This document shows, piece after piece, positions 32,593 to 45,861 of a stretch of 64,000 nt of DNA; position 1 is the first letter of the stretch; each line of letters opens with the position of its first letter. Origin of the DNA: an uncultured Alphaproteobacteria bacterium. Lineage in GTDB: Bacteria; Pseudomonadota; Alphaproteobacteria; Rhizobiales; Xanthobacteraceae. The stretch covers positions 22,286-86,285 of the forward strand of contig CAWIZF010000033.1 in the NCBI GenBank assembly GCA_963840465.1. The letters run 5' to 3'. The notes under the pieces are model-generated. The model worked only from the letters and a program-made list of their open reading frames with translations, ran no database searches and was not told where the DNA came from. A program made the position numbers and the translations under genes.

Positions 32593-32629
32593 GTCGTCCC
32601 TGCGAACGCACTGCGTTCGCAGGGACGAC
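32593..32629. repeat. Collapsed GTCGTCCCTGCGAACGCA-family REP: perfect 18-bp palindrome with 1-nt spacer
   Basis: GTCGTCCCTGCGAACGCA-C-TGCGTTCGCAGGGACGAC. Confidence 0.9.
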
Positions 32630-32735
32630 GATGAGAATTTCTGGTGCTTACATCGCAATCCTGTCATGACGCCGGTTCTGTTGACCTGACGCATCCCGCC
32701 CGGCACGGTGTGGCAGCTTCCTGCCGGTCCTCCCC

Positions 32736-33636
32736 ATGTTCACCGTCGCCTCGCTCTGGATTCCCTTCACCATCATCGCTGCGCTGGGCCAGGTCGCCCG
32801 CAATGCGATGCAGCGATCGTTGACGGGACCGCTTGGGACCTGGGGCGCGACCAATATCCGCTTCCTGTTCGGCTTTCCGTTCTCGATCATCTTCTTTGTC
32901 GGTCGTGGTCGCGGTGACCGGTGACAGCGTTCCGTGGCCGACGGCGGCCTTCTGGCCGTGGCTGCTGCTCGGCGCGCTCAGCCAGATCGTCGCGACGGGC
33001 TTGATGCTGCTGGCGATGAACGACCGCTCGTTCGTGGTGACCACGGCGTATCTGAAGACCGAAGCGATCCAGACCGCGATCTTCGGCTTCATCTTTCTCG
33101 GCGATCATTTGACCGTGCTGAAAGTGATCGCGATCATGATCGCGACCGTCGGCGTGGTCATCACGGCGCTGCGGCCGGGCGGCGAAAAAGGCTTTGCCGA
33201 GTTGAAGCCGACCATCATCGGCCTGGTCGCCGCCGCCTGCTTCGCGCTTTCGGCGATCGGCTTTCGCGGCGCCATCATCACGGTACCCGGCGTCTCCTTC
33301 GTCACCGCGGCGTCCTACACGCTGGTGTTCGGCCTGTTCGTGCAGACGCTGGTGCTGACGATCTATCTGTTCGCCCGTGCGCCCGATGTGCTCAAGAAGA
33401 TCTTCGGATTGTGGAAGCCCTCGATGCTGGCGGGCTTCATGGGCGCGTTCGCCTCGCAATTCTGGTTCCTGGCATTCGCGCTGACGGCGGCCGCCAATGT
33501 GCGCACGCTGGCGCTGGTCGAGGTGCTGTTCGCGCAGGCCGTGTCGTATTATTCGTTCAAGCAGCCATTATCGGCGCGTGAACTGTCCGGCATCGTGCTG
33601 ATCGTAGCGGGCGTTGCGCTGCTGGTGGCGGCTTGA
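32736..33636 (+). CDS. DMT/EamA family transporter; frameshift at ~32900
   Basis: QVARNAMQRSL, ATNIRFLFGFP, TTAYLKTEAIQ, NVRTLALVEVLF. Confidence 0.85.
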
Positions 33637-33646
33637 TGCGGGAATC

Positions 33647-33742
33647 GTAGGGTGGGCAAAGGCGCGCTCGCGTGCCCACCATCTTCAGCGACAGGTATCA
33701 TTGTTGAGACGCGGTGGGCACGCTGCGCTTTGCCCACCCTAC
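33647..33742. repeat. GTAG-type REP doublet (GTAGGGTGGGCAAA family)
   Basis: Inverted arms between convergent genes. Confidence 0.92.
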
Positions 33743-33758
33743 GACAGCATGTCCCGCA

Positions 33759-34232
33759 TCAATTCCGGTCGTCCGGCAGCACCGGCAGCGGGGAGACCTC
33801 GACGCCTTCGTCGATCAGCGCGCGGGCTTCGTCGGGTGAGGCCTCGCCGTAGATCGGGCGATGCTCGATATCGCCGTAATGCATCTTGCGCGCTTCGTTG
33901 GGGAAGCGTTCGCCGACATTGTCGGCATTCTTGACGATGTGATCGCGCAATTCCTTGATCTTGGCGCGCAGCTCGCGCTCCTGCGCCATCAGCAGCGGCG
34001 TCGATTCCGATGACGCCGTTACTTCCGCAGGTGCTACCGGCGCGGGCGGACCGGCCTCGCGGCCCTTCTTGCTCACGATCTGCGGAGCCATGATGGCGCG
34101 CTCGACCTTCACCGAGCCGCAGGCAGGGCAGCTCACCAGCTTGCGCTTCTCCTGGCTTTCATAGGCCGCGGAGCTTTGAAACCAGCTTTCGAACGCGTGG
34201 CCCTTCTCGCAGCGAAGGTTGTAGCGGATCAT
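33759..34232 (-). CDS. DUF1178 family protein
   Basis: MIRYNLRCEKGHAFESWF...CPACGS...EARKMHYG..RPIYGEA. Confidence 0.9.
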   Translation of the reverse strand: MIRYNLRCEKGHAFESWFQSSAAYESQEKRKLVSCPACGSVKVERAIMAPQIVSKKGREAGPPAPVAPAEVTASSESTPLLMAQERELRAKIKELRDHIVKNADNVGERFPNEARKMHYGDIEHRPIYGEASPDEARALIDEGVEVSPLPVLPDDRN

Positions 34233-35109
34233 GCCGAGCCCCGGACGAGGTGCAGATGCTCGGGCCCTGCCTTGGGATCGGCGATGCCGAAGCGCCGTCC
34301 ATGCTGCAGCGACGGCACGGTTTTACGCGCAGTCTCGACCTTTGAGGTGTCGATCTCGGCAAGGAACACGCCGGGCTCGACGCCGCCCTCGGCGAGAATC
34401 TCGCCCCAGGGGGCGATGATCAGCGAATGGCCGTAGGTCTCGCGCTTGTTCTCATGCATGCCGCATTGCGCCGCCGCGAAGACGAAGCAACCGGTCTCGA
34501 TCGCGCGGGCGCGCAGCAGCGTGTGCCAATGCGCCTCGCCGGTCTTTCGCGTGAAGGCCGACGGCACGGTAAGGAACGACGCGCCGGCTTCGGCCAAGGC
34601 GCGATACAGCGCCGGAAACCGCACGTCGTAGCAGATCGTCAGCCCGATGCGGCCCCACGGCAGATCGGAAATCACCGCGGTCTCGCCGGGCTGGTAATTG
34701 GCGGACTCGCGATAGCTCTCGCCGCCGGGCAGATCGATGTCGAACATATGGATCTTGTCGTAGCTGGCCAGCACCATGCCGTCGGGGCCGATCAGGAACG
34801 AGCGGTTGACGGCCTTCTCGGGTGAAAAACGCAACGCCAGCGAGCCGATGTGGAGATGGATTTTCAGTTCCTTCGGCGAGCTCGCGATAGGCTTTCAGCG
34901 AGAGGTCGTCTTCCTCGGACGCGAGATGCTCGAACAGCGCCTTGCGGTTCAGTTGCATCATGTTGCTCACCTCGGGGGTGAGCACGTAGTCCGCGCCTTG
35001 CGCGGCCGCCTCGCGGATCAGTTTGGTGCCTTGCTCAAGGCTCGGCTCGGGCAACAATCCGGTGCGCATCTGCACCATGGCGGCCGTAGAAGGTGGAGCC
35101 AGCGCTCAT
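34229..35109 (-). CDS. Carbon-nitrogen hydrolase (Nit1/deaminated glutathione amidase-like); frameshifts at ~35087 and ~34872
   Basis: TPE, YDKIHMFD, ICYDVRFP catalytic triad motifs, HWHTLLRARAIE. Confidence 0.9.
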
Positions 35110-35379
35110 GAGGAAGCCTTTTCTCCCGCCAAGCAGGCCATCGAGCTTGCCCGCGCGGTCCAGCGCGTAAAGCTCGTCACAGCCGCCGACATGGGTTGTG
35201 CCGATGAAGATCTGGGGAAAGGTCGAGCCGTGGCCGGCGCGATCGTACATCTGCTCGCGATAGGCCGGGTCGGTCGCCACGTTCAATTCGGTGAACGCGG
35301 CGTTCTTGCGCGTCAGCAACGATTTGGCGGCGGTGCAATAGCCGCAGCCCGGGCGGGTGTAGATTTCAATGGCAGTCAT
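35106..35379 (-). CDS. grxC: Glutaredoxin 3; 1-nt insertion at ~35131
   Basis: CGYC active site, TFPQIFIG, GGCDEL; corrected stop overlaps the hydrolase ATG. Confidence 0.92.
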
Positions 35380-35408
35380 GGCGCGCTCTGATTTGGCAAG
35401 TCCTTGAA

Positions 35409-36219
35409 CTATATGGGAGCCCGGTGCCTGTCCACAACCCGCGCGAATACCAGCACATCGACCTGCGCGGCCTTGGCGCGCAGCAGCGCCCGGGCGCAGG
35501 CGTCCGTCGTGGCGCCCGAGGTGAGGACATCGTCGATCAGGACGATGCGACGGCCCTGGATATCAGCCATGCGCTCGGAAGCGACCTTGAAGGCGCCCTG
35601 GACATTGGCGGCGCGCTGCGGCCGGGACAGCCCGATCTGCTGCTCGGTCGGGCGGATGCGCCGGAGCGCCTCGGAGACCAACTTTACGCCGCTTTGGCGC
35701 GAAATCACCCGCGCCAGCGCACCGGACTGGTTGTAGCGGCGGCTCCAGCCACGCCGCCAGTGCAGCGGAACCGGCACCAGCACATCGGCGTCTGCGAGCA
35801 ATTCCTGGCCGGCGCGGGCCATCCAGCGGCCCATCGCGGGCGCCAGATCGGTGCGGTCCTGGTATTTCAGCGAATGAACCAGCGTGCGGGCGACGTCGTC
35901 ATAGCGCACCGCGGCGCGGGCGCGCTGGTAGGCGGGTGGGCTGGCAATTGCCTCCATCGACAGCAATTCCGGACCGGGATCATAGACAAAGGGAATGCCG
36001 AGCCGCGGGCAGAACGGCGGCGCGATGAACGACAGTTTGGCCCAGCACGCCGCGCAGACGCCCTCGCCATCGACCGGCTCGCGGCAGGAAACGCACAGCG
36101 TCGGCAGCGCGATGTCGAGCGCGAGACGCGGCAGATGCGCGAACGCGTCGCGGCAGGCGCTCAAGCGCGCCACGCAGATGGCTGGTGATGGAGCGTGGTG
36201 GTGATGCCTCGGCGTCCAT
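35409..36219 (-). CDS. ComF family protein (zinc ribbon + PRTase); frameshift at ~36163
   Basis: CVSC/CAAC, PVPLHWRR, RYNQS, LIDDVLTSGAT. Confidence 0.9.
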
Positions 36220-36297
36220 GGGGCGAGGCTAGCGCTGCTGGGCAGCGTGCTCAAGCGCAGGATTGCCAGAGACAGGGCAGCCAGCGTACCAACCGGC

Positions 36298-37141
36298 ATG
36301 GCTTCGAACCCGACTGCCGCACCCATCCTGTTCGACCGCGCACTGTTGCGCGCGCGGATGGAGCGCGCGCGGCGTGGCGGACCGGCGACGTTCCTGCTCG
36401 ATCGCGTCAGGGAGGATTTTGAAGAACGGCTGCAGGCGGTAACGCGGAATTTTGCCGATGTTGCCGATATCTGGACGCCGGGCGAATTGCTGCAAAAGCC
36501 TGTCGCTGATCGCTTCCAGTCGATTACCCGCATCGATCCCGATCAATCGGAAGCGCTTCCATTGCAACCGGCGATCGCTCGACCTCGCCGTCTCGGCGCT
36601 CGCATTCCAGTTCGTCAACGATCTCCCGGGCGTGCTGGCGCAGATCCGCCGCGCGCTCAGACCCGACGGGTTGTTGCTGGCGGCGATGATCGGCGGCGAT
36701 ACGCTGACGGAGCTCAGGCAATCCTTTGCCGCGGCGGAAGCCGAATGCGAGGGTGGGGTATCGCCGCGCGTCGCGCCGTTCGCGGATCTGCGCGATATCG
36801 GCGCGCTGCTGCAACGCGCGGGGCTGGCGCTGCCGGTCACCGACGTCGATCGCGTCGTGGTGCGCTACGACAGCGCGTTTGCGCTGATGGCCGATCTCAG
36901 GCGGATGGGCGCGACCAATATCTTGATCGAGCGGCGGCGCACGCCGACCCGCCGCGCCACCATGTTGCGGATGGCGCAGATTTACGGCGAACGTTTTGCC
37001 GACGCGGACGGCCGCATCCGCGCGACCTTCGATGTGATCTGGCTGTCCGGCTGGGCGCCGCATGAGAGCCAGCAGAAGCCGTTGAAGCCGGGCTCGGCGA
37101 AAGCGAGTTTGGAGGCGGCGGTGAAGGGGAAGAAGACTTGA
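36298..37141 (+). CDS. SAM-dependent methyltransferase (BioC/NDUFAF5-like); frameshift at ~36572
   Basis: LFDRALLRAR, VNDLPGVL, TLTELRQ, SPRVAPF, WAPHESQQKPLKPGSA. Confidence 0.85.
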
Positions 37142-37147
37142 TGCCTG

Positions 37148-37245
37148 ACCTCATGGTGAGGAGCGCCGCAGGCGCGTCTCGAACCATGAAGCCGGGCTGC
37201 GGCCATCCTTCGAGACGGCGCTTTCGCGCCTCCTCAGGATGAGGT
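37148..37245. repeat. REP doublet (CCTCATGGTGAGG / CCTCAGGATGAGG family)
   Basis: ACCTCATGGTGAGGAGCG...CGTCTCGAACCATG ... CATCCTTCGAGACG...CTCCTCAGGATGAGGT. Confidence 0.88.
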
Positions 37246-37253
37246 TGGAGACA

Positions 37254-37664
37254 TCACATCAACAAATCAATCAGATGCGGGATCAGCGGAATGTCCGCGG
37301 GCGGCATCGGGTAGTCGCGCAGCTTGTTGGCGCGGACCCAGGCCAGTTGCTGGCCCTCGCGCGCGATCGCCAGGCCTTCCCAGCGCCGGCAGATGTACAG
37401 CGGCATCAGCAGATGAAAGCTGTCATAGGCGTAGCTCGCAAAGGTCAGCGGCGCCAGGCACGGCTCGCTGACGTCGATGCCGATCTCTTCATGCAGTTCG
37501 CGGATCAGCGTCTGCTCCGGCCGTTCGCCGGGCTCGACCTTGCCGCCGGGAAATTCCCACAGGCCGGCGAGCGCCTTGCCTTCCGGGCGCTGCGCGATCA
37601 GCACGCGCTTGTCGGCATCGACCAGGGCGCAGGCGACGACGAGGGTGAGCTTGATGTCAGCCAT
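37254..37664 (-). CDS. mutT: 8-oxo-dGTP diphosphatase, Nudix family
   Basis: WEFPGGKVEPGERPEQTLIRELHEEIG Nudix box; follows argJ. Confidence 0.88.
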   Translation of the reverse strand: MADIKLTLVVACALVDADKRVLIAQRPEGKALAGLWEFPGGKVEPGERPEQTLIRELHEEIGIDVSEPCLAPLTFASYAYDSFHLLMPLYICRRWEGLAIAREGQQLAWVRANKLRDYPMPPADIPLIPHLIDLLM

Positions 37665-37679
37665 GCGCCGCGCTCTCGC

Positions 37680-38920
37680 TTACGACCGGTAGTCGCCGTT
37701 GATCGCGACATATTCCTTGGTGAGGTCGCAGGTCAGCACGCGGTCGCGGCCCTTGCCGAGGCCAAGCTGACCTTGATCTGGATCTTCGGATTTTTCATCA
37801 CCTCGGAAACCTCGGCCTCGTTGTAGGACGGATCGCGCGCGCCGCTCTTGGCGACGCGGATGCCGTTGAACGAGATCGAAAGCTTGTCGCGGTTGGCGGG
37901 CTCGCCGGCCTTGCCGACCGCCATCACCACGCGGCCCCAATTGGCGTCCTCGCCGGCGATCGCCGTCTTCACCAGCGGCGAATTCGCGATCGACATCGCG
38001 ATTTTGCGCGCCGAGGTCTTGGTGGTCGCGCCTTCGACGATCACCTCGACCAGCTTGCGCGCGCCTTCGCCGTCGCGGGCCACCTGCTCGGCGAGGTCGG
38101 CCAGCACGCCGTGGAAGGCCTTGGCAAAAGCCTTCAGCCTGGGATCGCTGGCGCGGCTGATCTTCGGCGCGCCGTTGGCGGCGGCCGCGCCGGTGGCGAA
38201 GGCCAACAGCGTATCCGATGTCGAGGTGTCGCTGTCGATGGTGACGGCGTTGAAGGTATCATCGACGCCGCTCTTGAGCAGCGACTGCAGCACGGAAGAC
38301 GACAGCGGCGCGTCGGTGAACACAAAGGACAGCATGGTCGCCATGTCGGGCATGATCATGCCGGCGCCCTTGGCCATGCCGTTGATGGTGACCTTGGCCT
38401 TGCCGAGCTTGACGGTGGCGGTCGCGACCTTCGGGAAGGTATCGGTGGTCATGATCGCCTTCGCCGCGTCCATCCAGTGGTCGGGCGTGGCGGCCTCCGT
38501 CAGCGTCGCCAGCACGCCGTCGAATTTGGTGGCGTCGAGCGGCTCGCCGATCACGCCGGTGGAGGCGAGGAACACGTCGCAGGTGGTGCAGCCGACCGCC
38601 TTCGCCGCGGTTTGCGCGGTCAGCGCCGTCGACTGCTTGCCGGTCTTGCCGGTGAACGCGTTGGCGTTGCCGGAATTCACCACCAGCGCGCGGGCTTGTC
38701 CGCGGCCGAGCTTGGCGCGGCACCATTCGACGGGCGCGGACGGGCATTTCGATTTGGTGAAGACGCCGGCGACCGTGGTGCCCTTGTCCATGACGGCGAG
38801 CAGCACGTCGGTACGGCCCTTGTAGCGGATGCCGGCGGCGGCGGTCGCGAGCTTGACGCCCGCAATCGCGGGCATCTCGGGGACATCGGTCGGGGCGAGG
38901 GGGGAGACGGCAGTGGACAT
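37680..38920 (-). CDS. argJ: Bifunctional ornithine acetyltransferase / N-acetylglutamate synthase; frameshift at ~37765
   Basis: [60 protein letters not shown]. Confidence 0.96.
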
Positions 38921-38946
38921 GCGAGCACCTGTTCGGCCAGATCAAA

Positions 38947-39040
38947 CTATAGCCGGACCAGCCCCGGCCATCGACGTCTTCAGGGCCTGTCAACGAACCC
39001 CAGACATGGAATGGCCGGGCGCTTCGGCCCGGCCATGACG
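38947..39040. repeat. Degenerate CGTCATGGCCGGG-family REP doublet
   Basis: CCCGGCCATCGACGTCT ... AGACATGGAATGGCCGGG...GCCCGGCCATGACG; related to 20621-20709. Confidence 0.7.
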
Positions 39041-39081
39041 ATGGTCAATACTATCGGTCTGGAAGAAGTGACAGCGATTTT

Positions 39082-39993
39082 TTACTTCTTCGCCGGCGGC
39101 GCCATCTTGGAATCCGCGGGCTTCGGGGCGTCGGTCTTGGCGGCTTCCGCCGGCTTGTCCATGCGCTCGACCTTGGCGGCTTCGCGCAGCTTGGCGACGT
39201 ATTCGGCCTGGGCCTTGCGCGTCACATAGGTCTCGATCTGGGCCTTGACCTGCTCGAAGTCGGGCGCCTTGCGGGCGCGCTTTTCCTCGACCTTGATGAT
39301 GTGCCAGCCGAATTGCGACTTGACGGGGTCGGAGATCTTGCCGGGTTCGAGCGTGAAGGCGACGGCGGAGAATTCCGGCACCATCTGTTCCTTGGTGAAG
39401 AAGCCGAGATCGCCGCCATCGGAGGCGCCGGGGTCCTTGGACTTCTTCTTCGCCAGTTCGGCGAAGTCGCCGCCCTTCTTCAGCTCTTCGGCGATCGCCT
39501 TGGCCTCGTCCTCGGTCTCGACCAGGATGTGCCGGGCGTGGACTTCCATTTCGCCGGTGATCTGCTTGGAGGCCTCCTCATAGACCTTCTTCATGGCCTC
39601 GTCGGTGGTCGCAGCCTTGCCCTCGGTGGCGAGCAGGCTGTCCATCAGCAGGCGGCTGCGGGTGAAGGCCAGGCGCCGCTTGAAGTCTTCGGAATTCTCG
39701 ACCTTCTTGTCCTCGGCGGCCTTGGCGACGATTTTCAGGTCGATCAGGAAGGCCAGCACGTTGTCCTTCTTGGTCGCCGGGTCCATCTGCGCGAGGCTGG
39801 GGCCGAGTTCCTCTTCCGCGAGGGCGACGTCGCTCTGGCGGATCTCGACACCGTTGACCTTGGCGAGAACGGGGTTGTCCTGGGCACGAACCGGCAGGCC
39901 GGCGGCCAAAATCGCAGCCAGACAGGCCGTTGCGGCCAGGGAGGCGAGGCCGAAGCGCAGGCCGGTTTTCGTTTCCGGGAACGAGGTGGTCAT
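39082..39993 (-). CDS. Periplasmic parvulin-type peptidylprolyl isomerase
   Basis: Signal peptide, VHARHILV, FAELAKKKSKD, GGDLGFF, KSQFGWHIIK. Confidence 0.92.
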   Translation of the reverse strand: MTTSFPETKTGLRFGLASLAATACLAAILAAGLPVRAQDNPVLAKVNGVEIRQSDVALAEEELGPSLAQMDPATKKDNVLAFLIDLKIVAKAAEDKKVENSEDFKRRLAFTRSRLLMDSLLATEGKAATTDEAMKKVYEEASKQITGEMEVHARHILVETEDEAKAIAEELKKGGDFAELAKKKSKDPGASDGGDLGFFTKEQMVPEFSAVAFTLEPGKISDPVKSQFGWHIIKVEEKRARKAPDFEQVKAQIETYVTRKAQAEYVAKLREAAKVERMDKPAEAAKTDAPKPADSKMAPPAKK

Positions 39994-40113
39994 GGAAAAT
40001 CCTTGTCTTGAAGAAGGGGGCGGCAAAGGCGGCGGGACACTCGCCCAATCATACGGCCTTGGCAACGCGAAAAGTCTGTCAAAATGATGAATTCCTTGAC
40101 AGATGGACCCACG

Positions 40114-40142
40114 TTGACAAGGCCCCGACCCAGCCATATCTG
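40114..40142 (+). promoter_or_regulatory. Candidate promoter for secA
   Basis: TTGACA-N17-TATCTG about 200 nt upstream of ATG 40342. Confidence 0.5.
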
Positions 40143-40341
40143 TGCCGGAACCTCCAGCGGCGATAGCGCTTATTTTGCTGCGTTTTTTGCCGTTGAACCT
40201 TGGATTGCTTAATTCCCACTCATTAGGCGGATGATGCCCCGGAACGGGTATTTGCCGCGATGCGTCACGGTGAGTTGATAGGCAACTTGGTGGACCACGT
40301 CACGGCTCGCAACGCAAGTAACGGCAAAGGCAGGAATTGGC

Positions 40342-43182
<2,841 letters not shown>

Positions 43183-43220
43183 GCACTCATTCAATAATCT
43201 CTTGTCGTATTCCCCGCGAC

Positions 43221-43258
43221 AACATTGGTGGCAGGCCATCGACCGCCACCAATGTTTT
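43221..43258. terminator. Hairpin between convergent secA and GYD genes
   Basis: AACATTGGTGGC-N12-GCCACCAATGTT-TT (12-bp stem). Confidence 0.6.
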
Positions 43259-43311
43259 GCTGAGCATGTTCGACGGCTGTCAGCGCCATTGCCAGAGCCG
43301 TCACCGATCAT

Positions 43312-43647
43312 TTAGCCACCGGGCGGCCTGTACGAGCCACGAAGTTCGGCCGCCTTTTGCCGGACTTTCGTGATTTCGTCCTGCGTCCACAGCCGCGTGA
43401 GGTTTACATTGTGGATCGCGCCGGCTGCGACGACAGTGCCTGATATCGCCGGTGCTGAGCTGGGATCGGGCACATCGAAGATAACGAGGACGCCGGGCCC
43501 GTTGGTGGCAGTGCTATACATCGAGATCAATTTGCCGCCGGCCGCTTCGACCAGCTTTTTTGCCGCTTCGTAGCGACTGACGGTGGGATTTTCCAGAATG
43601 CCGTTGAGAGCTTTTGGCGTGTATTGTCCGGTCATACAAAAATGCAT
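43312..43647 (-). CDS. GYD domain-containing protein
   Basis: GQYTPKAL...RYEAAKKLVEAAGGKLISMY...LTRLWT..AAE..YRPPG; strong AGGAGG RBS. Confidence 0.8.
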   Translation of the reverse strand: MHFCMTGQYTPKALNGILENPTVSRYEAAKKLVEAAGGKLISMYSTATNGPGVLVIFDVPDPSSAPAISGTVVAAGAIHNVNLTRLWTQDEITKVRQKAAELRGSYRPPGG

Positions 43648-43679
43648 GATGTCCTCCTGTTGGGGCGTGTTTGATCGAT

Positions 43680-43830
43680 GAGGCGTTAGCCTCGCTTCCG
43701 GCTCAAATGAAAAACGAGCCGGCCCAAAAGTTGGAGATAAAGGACTTCAGCCTCGCCGTGGGCAGGAGGCCGCTAACACTCCGACGGGCCTTCGGCACTA
43801 CCCGCTGGCGGCCTGTCGTTCAGCCTACAT
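43680..43830 (-). ncRNA. Candidate structured cis-regulatory RNA in the GYD gene leader
   Basis: Several hand-folded hairpins and a multibranch element; I recognise no known family. Confidence 0.35.
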
Positions 43831-44129
43831 CAACTGCGTATCACGCGGAAGAAGTCATACCTGAGCGGTGAAGCACTCTGGTACCAGCAGGCCAGCCTGT
43901 GACAAGCGCCGGTGACACACTCAAAAGTTTGGAGCGCTGCGAAGTACAGCGGGACAATGAAGACGCGTCGTTGAGCAGCGTAACGGGATCAGGCGTTCAT
44001 CATCCGCGAAAGCAGACGAACCAGTATGCCGCGCTGTCACGCCAAATCACCGTCGCCAACAGCGGATGCCGCTTTCGCGGCACATGACGGCTCTTGTTGT
44101 TCCGGAGTCTGCGAAAGACGCGTCGCGTC

Positions 44130-45585
44130 TTACTTCACCGCCCCGAAGCGGCTGTCGAACGAGTTCGGCGGCACGATCGGTGCGGAGCCGGAGACCTGAT
44201 TGTCCTTGGCGGCAGGGGCCGAGCTATCGACCGACGGCTTCAGCGGCGGGCGGCTGGCGGCGGCATGCTTGGCGTCGGGCTTTCGGCGCCGCGGCCTTCG
44301 GCGCAGCCGCTTCCGGACGCTTGGCCTCGCTCGCCTTCGGCTTCGAAGGCGGCGTGCTCGCGGTAGCGTCAGCCGCGCCGCCGATCCCGACCTTGCGGGC
44401 GAGGCTGGAGAACCATCCGTCATTCTCGGCCGGCGGCGCCGCATTGGCGACGCGGGTCGGTGCCGCGGCAGGGGTGGGCGCCGGGGCTGCAGCAAGCTTC
44501 GGCGGTTCCGGCGTACCCATCAGCAGATTGTCGGACGGCGCCTTGGGCGGATTGACGTGGGAGGGAATGGTGCCGGGGGCGCGCGCCATCAGCGACAACG
44601 AGCCATCGCCGGGCTCCGAAAGACCGGTGCTGCCCTCGGGTACGCGCGCGGCGAATACCCGGTGCATGCCGCCGTCGATGCCGGTGTTGATCCGCGCGAC
44701 CGGCGTTCCCTTGGCGATCAGCCGGGCGGTCTCGGCGATGTCGGTAGCCTGCTTCTCGCGCACGGCGTCGGCGATCTCGTCGGAAATCGCGTAGTCCGGG
44801 CATTTGGCCGAAGCGTCGAACACGAGATCACGCGTGGCGCCCGGCTTTTTGATCGCGTCGAACACGTATTTCTTTTCGCAGAAATCGACCTTCGGCTCCT
44901 GCTTCGTCACCTCGAAATGATCATTGCCTTCCTTGATCATCTTCCAGAACGGCATGTTCGGGTTGTTGCGGTGCTTGGCCATGTTGGCCGGCGTCATCTT
45001 GAACGGATAGGCCTGCAGCTGGAACGATTTCTGGCCGCCGAAGAAGGATTCGCGGCCCAGCGAATAGATTTCCGCGATCTGCTCGTCGGTCATCGCGTAG
45101 CAGCCGCGTGAAGAACAGTCGCCATGCACCATCAACTGCGAGCCGGTGCGGCCGAGCGCCTTGTCGAACGCGTTCGGATAGCCGGTGTTGAAGGAGAGAT
45201 AGTAGGCCGACTGCGGGTTCATCTGCGCCGGCGAGATCGTATAGAAGCCTTCCGGCGCCTGGCGGTCGCCCTCGCGGACCTTGGGTCCGAGATCGCCGGA
45301 CCAGCGGCAGATTGGATAGCTCTTCAGCAGCGCGAAGCGGCCCGAGCGGTCCTGCTTCCAGATCTCCAGTTCGGCTTCCTGCTTATAAAGGCGGACCAGA
45401 ATCGGCGACTGCAGGTCCATGTCTTTCGCCGTCATGTCGGCGATCAGTTTTGGCGGGACCGGCTGGTTGGCTTTGGCGTTGTTGGCCAGCGACATATCTT
45501 CGCCGTTGCAACCGGCCAACAGCGCGCCTGCGCCCGCGAGGACAGCCGACGTGACGAGCGCGCGAACCAGCGAACGGTTAATCAA
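44130..45585 (-). CDS. Murein L,D-transpeptidase family lipoprotein (YafK/DpaA-like); frameshift at ~44280
   Basis: Lipobox LLAGC, GPKVREGDRQAPEGFY, LMVHGDCSSRGCYAM. Confidence 0.9.
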
Positions 45586-45861
45586 AGGCTAAGCTCCACA
45601 CCCACCGGGCATTTTCGCACCCCAAATCACAGCGAACATGCCCTGAAGCCAATGCATAAAATTGTACCCTTTGACCCTCTGCGCCGCAACCCGAACGCGA
45701 TGCGCCGGACGCTTCCCGGCAGGCATGGTCAATAGAGTTTAAAGACCGGGTCTGGGCCTAATTAGGGCCGAATCAAGCGATCCGGCGAAATAAAGCGCCA
45801 TTAAGGCGGGGAACGAATGGGATGCCGGGCCGGCAGCCGCGCCAGGGGAGGCAAGGGCCAA

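Noticed and set aside
35411-35440. Possible RpoH-type promoter for grxC inside the comF 3' end (GTTG-N17-CCCATAT)
   Set aside because: The -35 match is weak and the motif lies in coding sequence; not supportable without start-site data.
43767-43814. Plus-strand CUAACACU resembling a twister ribozyme, and GCCGAAGG resembling a glycine riboswitch
   Set aside because: The other required conserved elements and pseudoknot partners are absent; kept only as an unclassified structured RNA candidate.
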